Part shown: positions 10,638 through 20,098 of the stretch, piece by piece
How the letters are laid out: each line of letters begins with the position of its first letter
Position numbering within the stretch: position 1 is the stretch's first letter
Source: an uncultured Cytophagales bacterium
GTDB lineage: Bacteria > Bacteroidota > Bacteroidia > Cytophagales > JAAEPT01
Length of the DNA: 64,000 nucleotides
Assembly (NCBI GenBank): GCA_963815495.1
Contig: CAWFGW010000011.1
Span: 54,957-118,956 of the forward strand
Reading direction: 5' to 3'
The notes under the pieces: generated by a model
What the model was told of the DNA's origin: nothing
Database searches by the model: none
What the model saw: only the letters and a program-made list of their open reading frames with translations
Position numbers and translations under genes: made by a program

Positions 10638-10805
10638 ACTGTATTATTTTTTATTTTGGAGCGTAGCTTATCTCACCTTTTTTTAAAGTATCTAATTTTG
10701 TTTCCATAGCCACTCGTTACTTTATTTACAACTGCAGTTATAAATCAAAACTTTGTTCCCAATATTTAAGATTAAAACGTGCTCTAATTGATAACCAAAG
10801 AAATT

Positions 10806-11204
10806 TTACATCCAATATAATGACCCAAACACAAGCATTGAAATCACCATAATCCAGAAAAACAACCCGAAACCAACTGCTACAGCTTGTTCATTTATCG
10901 CTTTGTTTTCTAAGTTTTCTGTAGGCGTAATGTCTTTTCGTTTAGGATTACTTTTAGGTAGAGTTGCCGTGAGCAGTAACATTATAAACAAACCAATAAA
11001 AAAATAAGATAACCAAGGATAACTTATATGCAAAGGATGTGTAGGTGTTATCCAGCTACCAATCCCCCAAGAAAATATAAAGATTATGGCAAAAAAGAAT
11101 AACAACCCATTCCCTGGACCAGGCCCTGTTTTCTTAAAAGTTAGCGATATAATAAGACCAAAAACTGCTGCGACTAGCAAAGCTGTAATTATTGAAGTAT
11201 ACAT
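10806..11204 (-). CDS. Small 4-TM membrane protein
   Basis: Four hydrophobic segments; GPGP motif. Confidence 0.65.
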   Translation of the reverse strand: MYTSIITALLVAAVFGLIISLTFKKTGPGPGNGLLFFFAIIFIFSWGIGSWITPTHPLHISYPWLSYFFIGLFIMLLLTATLPKSNPKRKDITPTENLENKAINEQAVAVGFGLFFWIMVISMLVFGSLYWM

Positions 11205-11261
11205 AGTGATATCTTTTATTTTAAAAACTTACATTCATTCTTATTAACTCGATAATGAATT

Positions 11262-12017
11262 TTATTTCGCACTCATAGTCGATGTTTTTGCATGGTTTAA
11301 ATCATAATGGTCGTGAAGCATTTTTTCGTATTCATCATTTAAATCACCGCGTTCAAATTCGGGAGCAGTCTCAATTGCTTTAGTAGAGATTACCACGGTA
11401 ATTTCATGATTGACATAACTAATGTTTTTCATCCAATCCACCGCCACTAATACTTTTTTGCTCCATGGCATCCAATTGCTCGTATCCACAACTGCATAAA
11501 CAATTTGCCAGTTGGTGTCATCAATAATTAAATCATCAATGTGTCCGATTGTCCCATCAGTAGTCTTTATTTTATACCCTTTAATTTCATTAAGACTACG
11601 TATAGAAGTATCAATATCTTTTTCGTCTACAATTTTTGATGGAATAGCTAACGGATTAATTGGATAAGTAATCATAGGCGCAACATTGGTATTCATCCAA
11701 TAGTAATCAGCTCTATGATAGCTATGCAGTTCTTCCTCATACTTTCTTGAGACAGGAAGCTCAGCAGTTATTAACGGGGAGTTTTCAATTTCTTCTTTTG
11801 ATAATTCTACTGGAAAACGCTCCCCCTCCCAATCAGGAGCTTGCAAAAAAGCGTAAGGAATAAGCACTTGTTTACCAGAAAAAAAGTTTCCCAAGTCTGC
11901 TTCCATATACCTTATGACCCAATTATCTTCATCAAATAAAAAATTCTTTACAGATCCCTTTTCTCCATCTTTGGCTATTATCGTATAACCTTCTAAATCG
12001 CTTAGTTTTCGTTTCAT
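11262..12017 (-). CDS. Tandem PRC-barrel domain protein
   Basis: Two repeats of the form L.GY.I...DG..G.V/I.....D...W.I.Y. Confidence 0.85.
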   Translation of the reverse strand: MKRKLSDLEGYTIIAKDGEKGSVKNFLFDEDNWVIRYMEADLGNFFSGKQVLIPYAFLQAPDWEGERFPVELSKEEIENSPLITAELPVSRKYEEELHSYHRADYYWMNTNVAPMITYPINPLAIPSKIVDEKDIDTSIRSLNEIKGYKIKTTDGTIGHIDDLIIDDTNWQIVYAVVDTSNWMPWSKKVLVAVDWMKNISYVNHEITVVISTKAIETAPEFERGDLNDEYEKMLHDHYDLNHAKTSTMSAK

Positions 12018-12181
12018 AGTTTTAAAATTTTGGTACTACTTTGTACAATTTCCTCAAAAACTGATCTACACGAAAAACCTTGCTTAAAAAGTATTATTGA
12101 AACTAGCTGCGTTTAATTGACTCAACATCTTGTTGAAATTTTGCCTCAAGCAGTAGGATTCAATGCGTGTTAAAAGAAGTC

Positions 12182-13171
12182 TTACGCCATTGAGTCATAG
12201 GTAGTATTCCTTTTAAATTTATTCTGATATTCAATAGGCGACATACCTACCATTTTTTTAAATAACTCCCGAAAAGCCTTGGAGTCAATATATCCAACTT
12301 CGTATTGTACTTCATTTACAGTTTTTCTACCGTACTCTAATTGTTTTTTTGCAGACTCAATACGCACCCGTTGAATATATTCAATTACGGTATTGGAAGT
12401 TGCTTTTTTAAATTTCCGTTCGAATGTTCTTCGTCCCACTCCAATCCGACTGGCTAAATCTTCTACCGTCAATTTTTCTGAAAAATGTTTTTCGATGTAT
12501 TCTTGGGTGGAAATTATTGTTTCATCTCCATGTTCCTTTTGCCCTCTAAATATACTGAATGGCAGTTGACTATCTTTTCCAATATCTAACAAGAAAAATT
12601 TAGAAGCCATCACTGCCATTTCTCGATTGGTGTATTTTTCTACTAAATAGAGTAGTAAATTCCAATAAGACATGGCCCCACCACTGGAATACAACCCATT
12701 TTGTTCTGTAATAACACGATCATCAGTAAGCTTTATCTTTGGAAACATCTCCCTGAATTCACTAGCATAAAGCCAATGTGTTGAACACAATTTTCCGTTC
12801 AACAAACCAGTAGATGCTAATAAAAAAGCTCCGATACAAAGGCTTGCCACTTCAGAGCCTTTCTTGTATTGCTCGATAATCCATGGTACGAGTGTTTCAT
12901 TTTGAGATAGCGCTTTATTCACATCTCCACTTATCGCGGGAATTATTATTAAGTCGCTCGCTTTTACTTCGTGTAATAAAAAGTCTGGACGAATAACTAC
13001 TAACCCATTATTCAAACTCACTTCTTTGGATGCTCCCACTAACTGTACTTTAAAAAAAGGGGCGTGACCAGTGTTCTGAAAAAAACCATTTACGGCACTA
13101 AACATATATTGTGGATCCACAATAGCCGCTGGTATGGCAGTCTCTGGAACAAGAATATTAATTGTTTTCAT
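12182..13171 (-). CDS. GlxA-family AraC regulator (DJ-1/PfpI + HTH)
   Basis: ASLCIGAFLLA, THW and SSGG in the amidase-like domain; C-terminal AraC HTH (RRTFERKFK...VGY.D..AFR). Confidence 0.92.
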   Translation of the reverse strand: MKTINILVPETAIPAAIVDPQYMFSAVNGFFQNTGHAPFFKVQLVGASKEVSLNNGLVVIRPDFLLHEVKASDLIIIPAISGDVNKALSQNETLVPWIIEQYKKGSEVASLCIGAFLLASTGLLNGKLCSTHWLYASEFREMFPKIKLTDDRVITEQNGLYSSGGAMSYWNLLLYLVEKYTNREMAVMASKFFLLDIGKDSQLPFSIFRGQKEHGDETIISTQEYIEKHFSEKLTVEDLASRIGVGRRTFERKFKKATSNTVIEYIQRVRIESAKKQLEYGRKTVNEVQYEVGYIDSKAFRELFKKMVGMSPIEYQNKFKRNTTYDSMA

Positions 13172-13193
13172 GAAACAAAATTACCCAATGAAA

Positions 13194-13263
13194 TTGTCGC
13201 AATCAACCCGATAGTTTGTCGTTTTACCACATTGTTTTATTAGTATTTGCCTATAATTTTGTC
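13194..13263 (+). promoter_or_regulatory. Putative AraC direct-repeat operator and -7 promoter of the VOC operon
   Basis: TTGTCG at 13194 and 13216 (22 bp apart); TAATTTTG (TAnnTTTG) at 13254-13261. Confidence 0.5.
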
Positions 13264-13279
13264 TATATCAAACTAAGCT

Positions 13280-13756
13280 ATGCAAAAGATAACAACCTGT
13301 CTCTGGTTTGACAATAACATTGAGGAAGCCGTGTCTTTTTACACATCTGTTTTCAAAAACTCTAAAATTACAGGAAAAACCTATTATGGAGAGAACATGC
13401 CATTACCCAAAGGGTCAATCCTTACTATGAATTTTGAATTAGAAGGCAGAGAGTTTCTAGCTTTAAATGGAGGACCGGTTTTTAAATTTACCGAGGCTAT
13501 TTCTCTAGTAGTTAACTGCGAAAATCAAGAAGAGGTTGATGCGCTATGGAACAAACTTGTAGAAGGAGGACAACCACAACAATGTGGGTGGTTAAAAGAT
13601 AAGTTCGGTTTGTCCTGGCAAATTATTCCAACAGAATTGTTTAAACTCCAATCAAGTAATGAACCTGAGAAAATAAAACGCATGATGCTGGCAATGATGC
13701 AGATGGTGAAACTTGATATGAATGTTCTTAAAAAAGCATACGATGGAGAAGTTTAA
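13280..13756 (+). CDS. VOC family protein (PhnB / 3-demethylubiquinone-9 3-methyltransferase-like)
   Basis: KITTCLWF, ALNGGP.FKFTEAIS and CGWLKDKFGLSWQI motifs. Confidence 0.92.
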   Translation: MQKITTCLWFDNNIEEAVSFYTSVFKNSKITGKTYYGENMPLPKGSILTMNFELEGREFLALNGGPVFKFTEAISLVVNCENQEEVDALWNKLVEGGQPQQCGWLKDKFGLSWQIIPTELFKLQSSNEPEKIKRMMLAMMQMVKLDMNVLKKAYDGEV

Positions 13757-14150
13757 TATTCAAAGCGATATAGTAGTATTCTGTATTCAAGCAGCTTCTT
13801 TTCCTGAAGAAGTAAAAGCAGCGCATGAGAAACTACATTCACTAGCACCTTACTCAACTGAAAGAAATTATTTTGGTATTTCCTTTCCTAATAGAAATGG
13901 AAAGATTCAATATTATGCTGCTGTGACGGAGCTAACAAAAGATGAATTGGCACCACATTCACTCGAAAAATTTATAATTCCTAAAGGAAAGTATAATTGT
14001 GAAATCATTGAAAATCATATGAAAGATATTCCTGCGATAGGCAACACCTTCCAAAAAATGATTCAAAAGCCTGAAATTGACCCAAAAGGATTTTGTCTCG
14101 AATGGTATATTTCTGAAACTGCAGTACGCTGTATGGTAAAGTTGAAATAA
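13743..14150 (+). CDS. GyrI-like effector-binding protein
   Basis: A.SFPEEVKAAH, YFGIS, IPKGKY and CLEWY motifs; start moved to ATG 13743. Confidence 0.7.
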   Translation: MEKFNIQSDIVVFCIQAASFPEEVKAAHEKLHSLAPYSTERNYFGISFPNRNGKIQYYAAVTELTKDELAPHSLEKFIIPKGKYNCEIIENHMKDIPAIGNTFQKMIQKPEIDPKGFCLEWYISETAVRCMVKLK

Positions 14151-14151
14151 A

Positions 14152-14370
14152 ATGGTGATTCCGGTTGAAATCTTTAAGACCAATGTACATGAAGTGGCCA
14201 CTGCAAATCGTGTATTAAAGCAACTTCATAATCAGTTTCCACAAGCTGCGTTCAATTTTGATTTAACAGACCGTGATCATATTTTAAGGGTTGAAACCAA
14301 TGAAATCAACACAAAAGAAATTATAAATATTGTAGAAACTCTGGGGTTTCTATGCCAACTAATTGATTAA
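14152..14370 (+). CDS. Small ferredoxin/HMA-like fold hypothetical protein
   Basis: IFKTNV...NFDL.D.DHILRVE pattern typical of Bacteroidota VOC operons; 1 nt after the preceding stop. Confidence 0.65.
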   Translation: MVIPVEIFKTNVHEVATANRVLKQLHNQFPQAAFNFDLTDRDHILRVETNEINTKEIINIVETLGFLCQLID

Positions 14371-14383
14371 CTAAAACGCTAAA

Positions 14384-14794
14384 ATGATGTCTCGAAAAGT
14401 TTTTATTAAGCTACCTGTAACTGACCTGAAAAAATCTATGCATTATTTCACAGAATTAGGGTTCAGTTTTAATATGCAATTCTCTAATGACGAAGCAGCT
14501 TGCATGATTATTAATGAAGAAAGTTATGCAATGCTACTCACTCATCCTTTTTTTAAAGGATTCATCAAAAATGAAATAGCCGATGCGAACAAAACAACTG
14601 AAGTCTTAATAGCGCTCTCCTACGATAGCAAAGAAGAGGTAGATCAAATAACTGAAAAAGCGCTAACTTTAGGTGCCAGAGAAGCACGAGAGATACAAGA
14701 TCTAGGTTTTATGTACAGCAGGTCAATTCACGACCTTGACGGACATATTTGGGAAATTTTTTATATGGATATGAGTCAAGCTCCTCAGGAATAA
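14384..14794 (+). CDS. VOC/glyoxalase family protein
   Basis: LPVTDLKKS..YF..LGF and MYSRS..DLDGHIWE motifs. Confidence 0.9.
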   Translation: MMSRKVFIKLPVTDLKKSMHYFTELGFSFNMQFSNDEAACMIINEESYAMLLTHPFFKGFIKNEIADANKTTEVLIALSYDSKEEVDQITEKALTLGAREAREIQDLGFMYSRSIHDLDGHIWEIFYMDMSQAPQE

Positions 14795-14805
14795 TTCGAA
14801 AAACT

Positions 14806-15399
14806 ATGAGAAAATTAAAACTGCAAGTGCAAATAACCCTCGATGGTTTCATTGCCGGTTCCAATGGTGAAATGGATTTTATGGAAATGAATTGGGGTAA
14901 TGATCTTCAAAACTATGTTAAAGAAATCACTGACCCTGTCGGTACAATTGTACTAGGCAGAAAATTAGCAGAAGGGTTTATTCCATATTGGGCTAGTGTA
15001 GCTAGTAATACAGACAACCCAGAAGTTGAAGCCGGTAAAAAATTTACCAACACCCAAAAAGTAGTGTTCACTAACACACTTGAAGCTTCAAATTCTAAAG
15101 TGGTTGAGTGGAGCAACACAGTAATAGCTAGTGATTTGGTAAAGGCAATTACTGCTCTTAAAAATGAGTCCGAATCAAAGGGTGACATCATCGCATACGG
15201 AGGGGCCAACTTTGTTTCTTCACTAATAAAAAATGGACTTATTGATGAATTTCATTTATTTGTAAACCCAACGGCTCTTGGAAATGGGTTGCCTATTTTT
15301 AAAGAATTAGAGGATAAACAAAACTTGAAATTAATTAAATCAATGTCTTTTGATTGTGGAATTGTAGTTCTAAACTATAAACTTGCTTCCAAAAAATAA
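14806..15399 (+). CDS. Dihydrofolate reductase-like (RibD C-terminal) protein
   Basis: MRKLKLQVQITLDGFIA, YGGA and LIDEFHLFVNP..LGNG motifs; start moved to ATG 14806. Confidence 0.88.
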   Translation: MRKLKLQVQITLDGFIAGSNGEMDFMEMNWGNDLQNYVKEITDPVGTIVLGRKLAEGFIPYWASVASNTDNPEVEAGKKFTNTQKVVFTNTLEASNSKVVEWSNTVIASDLVKAITALKNESESKGDIIAYGGANFVSSLIKNGLIDEFHLFVNPTALGNGLPIFKELEDKQNLKLIKSMSFDCGIVVLNYKLASKK

Positions 15400-15405
15400 C
15401 CAATC

Positions 15406-15786
15406 GTGACAAAAATCACCGTACCTTCTGATTGTGGGAATTCACCCAAAAAAAAATTGATTATTGATTTTAATCGTGCTTTTGGAGAAGGGGATATTTC
15501 CACATTAGCAGAAAGTTTAAGTGAACAAGTAACCTGGGATCTCATAGGAAAAAAGACGATTACAGGCAAAGAAAAAGTGGTTGAGATAATGGAAGAAATG
15601 AAAGCTGAAGAGGTTTCTGAAGTCATCATCCACTCCATAATTACACACGGAAAAGAAGCTGCGGCTAATGGCGTAATGCTTATGAAAGATGGTAAACACT
15701 ATGCGTTTGCTGACATCTACGAATTTACTAGTGCAGCAGGGAATTTATTTCAAAAGATTACTTCTTATGCTATTAAAACTAACTAG
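15406..15786 (+). CDS. SnoaL/NTF2-like protein
   Basis: DCGNSPK, IITHGKEAAANG and FADIYEF motifs; GTG start. Confidence 0.8.
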   Translation: MTKITVPSDCGNSPKKKLIIDFNRAFGEGDISTLAESLSEQVTWDLIGKKTITGKEKVVEIMEEMKAEEVSEVIIHSIITHGKEAAANGVMLMKDGKHYAFADIYEFTSAAGNLFQKITSYAIKTN

Positions 15787-15789
15787 GCG

Positions 15790-16158
15790 ATGAAAGCTAA
15801 TAGTACACCAATCTCTATTGATCAATATATTGCCAGCTTCCCTGAAAACGTTCAGATAATACTTCAAGAAATCCGCTTAACGATACAAGAGGCTGCGCCA
15901 GAAGCTAAGGAGAAAATAAGCTATGCGATCCCTACATTTTACTTAAAAGGTAACTTGGTTCACTTCGCTGCTTTCAAAAACCATATCGGTTTTTACCCAG
16001 TACCCTCGGGTTTAAAAGCTTTTGAGAAAGAACTCTCTAAATACAAACAAGGTAAAGGCTCTGTACAATTTCCTTTAACAGACCCCATGCCTCTGAAGTT
16101 GATTAGCAAAATCACCAAGTTTAGAGTGGAGGAGAATTTGAAGAAAATTAAAAAATAA
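15790..16158 (+). CDS. DUF1801 / YdhG-like protein
   Basis: IDQYIASFP, EKISYAIPTF, HFAAFKNHIGFYP and KGSVQFP motifs. Confidence 0.88.
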   Translation: MKANSTPISIDQYIASFPENVQIILQEIRLTIQEAAPEAKEKISYAIPTFYLKGNLVHFAAFKNHIGFYPVPSGLKAFEKELSKYKQGKGSVQFPLTDPMPLKLISKITKFRVEENLKKIKK

Positions 16159-16164
16159 AAGTAT

Positions 16165-16383
16165 ATGTCATTTCAAGCTTATTTAGACAACATTAAAGCC
16201 AAAACAGGAAAATCCCCTGAAGACTTTAAAAATCAACTGGAAAAAGAAGGATTACTTCAAGCCGATATGAAAGCCTCTGCTTTAGTGAATTGGTTAAAAG
16301 AAAATTATGAGTTAGGTCATGGTCATTCGATGGCAATTTGGGCTGTGTTTAAATCCGAAGGTTGGGTTAATAAAAACAATTAA
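16165..16383 (+). CDS. DUF4287 domain protein
   Basis: MSFQAYLDNIKAKTGKS...LGHGHSMA. Confidence 0.85.
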   Translation: MSFQAYLDNIKAKTGKSPEDFKNQLEKEGLLQADMKASALVNWLKENYELGHGHSMAIWAVFKSEGWVNKNN

Positions 16384-16638
16384 AATATCATGGCAAATGG
16401 TTACCACTGACAACCTTAGCATAAGGTAAATTATTGTCAGTAATTTACACTGGTTAAATTGAATCAAAAATTCATACTGAATTTACATCTCAAGCACTCC
16501 TAAGACTTAAAAGCATGGAGGAATGACTTCATTTATTTCGGTCTTTCCTGTCCATCATCTGTATTATTTAACCAAAATTAAATAACTTCGAAACTCAATA
16601 GGGAATATGCTGAAAGCAAATACCACAAATTATGAAAC

Positions 16639-18045
16639 ATGCTATTTACTAGTTTTTCTTTCGTTGGATTAGTCATTTTCACACTAATAATTTATTACAT
16701 TCCTCGATTACATAAGTTTCAAATTCAAACGCTTATAATTGCTAGTTTCACTTTTTATACTTGGAATAACCCTATCCTTACTTTATTATTATTTTTTTCT
16801 TGTAGCATTAATATTATAACAAGTTATTCCGTGGTTCACGGTCCAGCTTCAAGAAGAAGGCTAACGGCCACTTTAGGAGTGTTAGCAAACCTTTTTACAC
16901 TTTGTTTTTTTAAATACAGTGGACTAATTGCGGTAACGTTTAATAGTACAAATTCCATCACTCAGATATTAACGCATATACCTTTGCCTGTAGGTATTTC
17001 TTTTTTCACTTTTCAAGGAATTAGTTTAATGGTAGATGCTTTTAAAGACACAGAAGCAAATAGAAATACTCATATACCGAAGTCTTTGATTTCACACTCA
17101 AAAAGAGTTTTTCTATTTATTTCATTTTTCCCGCAATTAGTTGCTGGACCAATTGTAAAATCGCACCATTTCCTCCCTCAAATAAAAACAAAGTTATTTA
17201 GAAACATACAGTGGGAAAAATGTTTTAAAGACATTTTAATCGGATACTTTTTAAAAATGGTTGTCGCTGACAATCTAAAAGATTACACGTTTTGGATATC
17301 TTATCCTCAATTTATCAGCAAAGATACTACCACCTTAATCATGATGATTTTCGGCTATTCCTGCCAAATTTTCGCTGATTTTTCTGGCTATTCACTCATA
17401 GCAATTGGCATCTCCAGGCTTTTCGGTTACAACCTTATTGACAATTTTAACTTTCCCTATATTGCTTCTTCCTTTAAAGAATTTTGGAAAAGATGGCATA
17501 TTTCTCTTTCATCTTTTTTACAAGAGTATTTATACATTCCTTTAGGGGGAAATAGAAAAGGTCCGATAAGAACTTATATCAATTTAATTATCACCATGAT
17601 ATTAGGAGGTCTCTGGCACGGAGCCGCATGGAGCTATGCGGTTTGGGGGGGCTATCATGGTGTTTTACTTGCCGTTGAAAGATTTTTCTTGTTAAACATC
17701 CATATTAATGAAAACAATAGTCTAATTAAGGTATTAAGAATATTATTCGTATTTACCATGGTTTCATTTGCTTGGCTATTATTTAAATTACCAGATTTTA
17801 ATCATGTTATTCAGTATTTAAGCTCAATCAAAAACAATACAACACTTCCTATAGAAGTATCAATTTGCACGCGAATATTAATATATTCCACACCTATAGT
17901 ACTTTACCATTTACTTTATCTAACGAAAGAATCCACTTTCTATTTAATGTTTAAAAAAATTGAGTTCGTATACTATGGTTTAATGATTTTCCTTATTGCA
18001 ACAAACAGCGGAACTTCAGGAACTTTTATTTATTTCCAATTTTAA
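16639..18045 (+). CDS. MBOAT O-acyltransferase (AlgI/DltB-like)
   Basis: LPVGISFFTFQ, FFPQLVAGPI, FWKRWHISLS, GLWHGA (catalytic His) and FIYFQF motifs. Confidence 0.95.
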   Translation: MLFTSFSFVGLVIFTLIIYYIPRLHKFQIQTLIIASFTFYTWNNPILTLLLFFSCSINIITSYSVVHGPASRRRLTATLGVLANLFTLCFFKYSGLIAVTFNSTNSITQILTHIPLPVGISFFTFQGISLMVDAFKDTEANRNTHIPKSLISHSKRVFLFISFFPQLVAGPIVKSHHFLPQIKTKLFRNIQWEKCFKDILIGYFLKMVVADNLKDYTFWISYPQFISKDTTTLIMMIFGYSCQIFADFSGYSLIAIGISRLFGYNLIDNFNFPYIASSFKEFWKRWHISLSSFLQEYLYIPLGGNRKGPIRTYINLIITMILGGLWHGAAWSYAVWGGYHGVLLAVERFFLLNIHINENNSLIKVLRILFVFTMVSFAWLLFKLPDFNHVIQYLSSIKNNTTLPIEVSICTRILIYSTPIVLYHLLYLTKESTFYLMFKKIEFVYYGLMIFLIATNSGTSGTFIYFQF

Positions 18046-18054
18046 TGCCTTGTC

Positions 18055-18924
18055 ATGATTAAAAAGAGTATTATTTTTTTCGTGATCCTTTTTTCTTTAT
18101 GGTCTGTCTATCTTAGTAGACAAACAAACTTTAGTTATACAGAGCATCTATGGCAAAGAAATCTATCCAAAATCGAACATTTTCAATTTGACAAAACGTT
18201 GCATAAAGACCGAATCATCATTGGTACTTCTTTATCTAAAAAAATTCACACAGATAGCATTCATGATATTTATAATTTAGCTCTAAGTGGTCAAAGCATA
18301 TTAGATGGATTAGAACTCTTAAAATACAGCAAGGTTCTTCCGAAAGAAGTGTTAATTGAAACTAACTTACTACTCTTGAAAAAAGATAAAGACTTTTTAA
18401 ATTTAGTTAAATCTCCAACCTCCTATTTTTTGAAAAAGCATTTTTTAGCACTTAGAACTGACAAACATCCATTAGCATTAGTAGGTAACGAATATTTAAT
18501 TCCTTCACTAACTAATGTAGTAGATAATGAAGAGACGCAAGAAGTAGTACCTAAAGATTCATTTTTTCAGCAAATCATAGCACTTAGAACAAAAAGATCC
18601 AATAGACCAGTTGCACCTAGTCTTATGAAAAAAAGGATTAATGCTTTAAAAGATTATATAACCTATTTACAAAAAAACAATGTAAAAGTGATTTTTTTTG
18701 AAATGCCTATTAACCCAAATCTTATAAATCTTTATAGGCCTACAATAACACGAAAAGAGATTAAAAAAGCGTTTCCAGACATACAATATATTGATTACCC
18801 AGATGATGTTAATAGCTATAAAACTACAGATGGAGTTCACCTAACAAACCAGGAATCAATCCGCTATTCGAAATATTTTCATCAAATGCTCGAACGTGAT
18901 GATTCTTCTAAGGAATCAAAATGA
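18055..18924 (+). CDS. SGNH/DltD-like periplasmic partner of the MBOAT
   Basis: N-terminal anchor, IGTS nucleophile motif, YNLAL.G, DGVH (DxxH) motif. Confidence 0.7.
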   Translation: MIKKSIIFFVILFSLWSVYLSRQTNFSYTEHLWQRNLSKIEHFQFDKTLHKDRIIIGTSLSKKIHTDSIHDIYNLALSGQSILDGLELLKYSKVLPKEVLIETNLLLLKKDKDFLNLVKSPTSYFLKKHFLALRTDKHPLALVGNEYLIPSLTNVVDNEETQEVVPKDSFFQQIIALRTKRSNRPVAPSLMKKRINALKDYITYLQKNNVKVIFFEMPINPNLINLYRPTITRKEIKKAFPDIQYIDYPDDVNSYKTTDGVHLTNQESIRYSKYFHQMLERDDSSKESK

Positions 18925-20042
18925 GAAAAACACTCAAAAATTCTATGATAATATTCATCTCCGTTTTTCTACTAATAGTAGTTCTGGTTTATCTGTTTCT
19001 ACAACAAGATCAATTTGGTAGACAACCAAGTGGAGAACGTTTAGAACGAATAAAAAATTCACCTAACTACCGAGATGGTGCTTTTCAAAACCAACATCAT
19101 ACTCCTGATTTATCGGAAGACGCTACTTATTTCAGTGTGTTGAAAGAGTTTTTCTTTACTAAAAAAGAACGCCAAAAACCTGTTGATAGCATTCCATCAA
19201 TGAAAACGAATCTACTTACCTTACAACAAGATGAAAACATATTGGTCTGGTTTGGACATTCTTCTTATTTCATGCAGATTGATGGTAAAACCCTCCTAGT
19301 TGACCCCGTATTCAGCGGATCAGCTTCGCCAATCTCATTTACCACACCTGCTTTTAAAGGCACGGATGTATATGATGTACAAGACTTCCCCGCCATTGAT
19401 TATCTCTTTATTTCGCATGATCATTGGGACCATTTGGACTATAAAACAATTTTAAAGCTAAAGTCCATAGTGAAGAACATCATCACTGGATTAGGCACTG
19501 GCGAACATTTTGAAGCTTGGGGCTTTGATAAAAGTAGCATAATAGAAGAAGATTGGAATACGAAAATTCAACTTGACAGCGGATTTGTGGTTACTACAGC
19601 CCCAGCAAGACACTTTTCTGGTAGAGGGTTCAAACGCAATCAATCCCTGTGGACTTCTTTTGTATTGCAAACACCTTCTCTCAACATATATTTAGGTGGC
19701 GATAGCGGCTATGATACCCACTTTGCTGAAATCGGAAAACAACACGGTCCCTTTGATCTTGCTATCCTTGAAAATGGCCAATACAATACCAGCTGGAAAT
19801 ACATCCACATGATGCCTGAAGAAGTGGTAAAAGCTACGCAGGATTTAAGAGCAACCCGTTTATTCCCTGTACACTCTTCAAAATTTTCACTTGCTCTTCA
19901 CGCGTGGGACGAGCCTTTGAAAAGAATTACAAAAGCCGCAAATAAAAATAGAGTACCGCTCGTAACTCCTATGATTGGGGAGAAAGTCAATTTAAAAGAC
20001 ACGACCCAAACATTCTCCGCTTGGTGGACCGAAGTAAATTGA
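18921..20042 (+). CDS. MBL-fold metallo-hydrolase (RomA/NAPE-PLD-like)
   Basis: WFGHSS, SHDHWDHLD, PARHFSGR, GGDSGY and HMMPEE motifs; ATGA overlap with the upstream gene. Confidence 0.9.
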   Translation: MRKTLKNSMIIFISVFLLIVVLVYLFLQQDQFGRQPSGERLERIKNSPNYRDGAFQNQHHTPDLSEDATYFSVLKEFFFTKKERQKPVDSIPSMKTNLLTLQQDENILVWFGHSSYFMQIDGKTLLVDPVFSGSASPISFTTPAFKGTDVYDVQDFPAIDYLFISHDHWDHLDYKTILKLKSIVKNIITGLGTGEHFEAWGFDKSSIIEEDWNTKIQLDSGFVVTTAPARHFSGRGFKRNQSLWTSFVLQTPSLNIYLGGDSGYDTHFAEIGKQHGPFDLAILENGQYNTSWKYIHMMPEEVVKATQDLRATRLFPVHSSKFSLALHAWDEPLKRITKAANKNRVPLVTPMIGEKVNLKDTTQTFSAWWTEVN

Positions 20043-20098
20043 TTGAATTTTCCAGTTGTTAACTTATCGTTTTAAATTGCTTTATATTAAAACCATAT

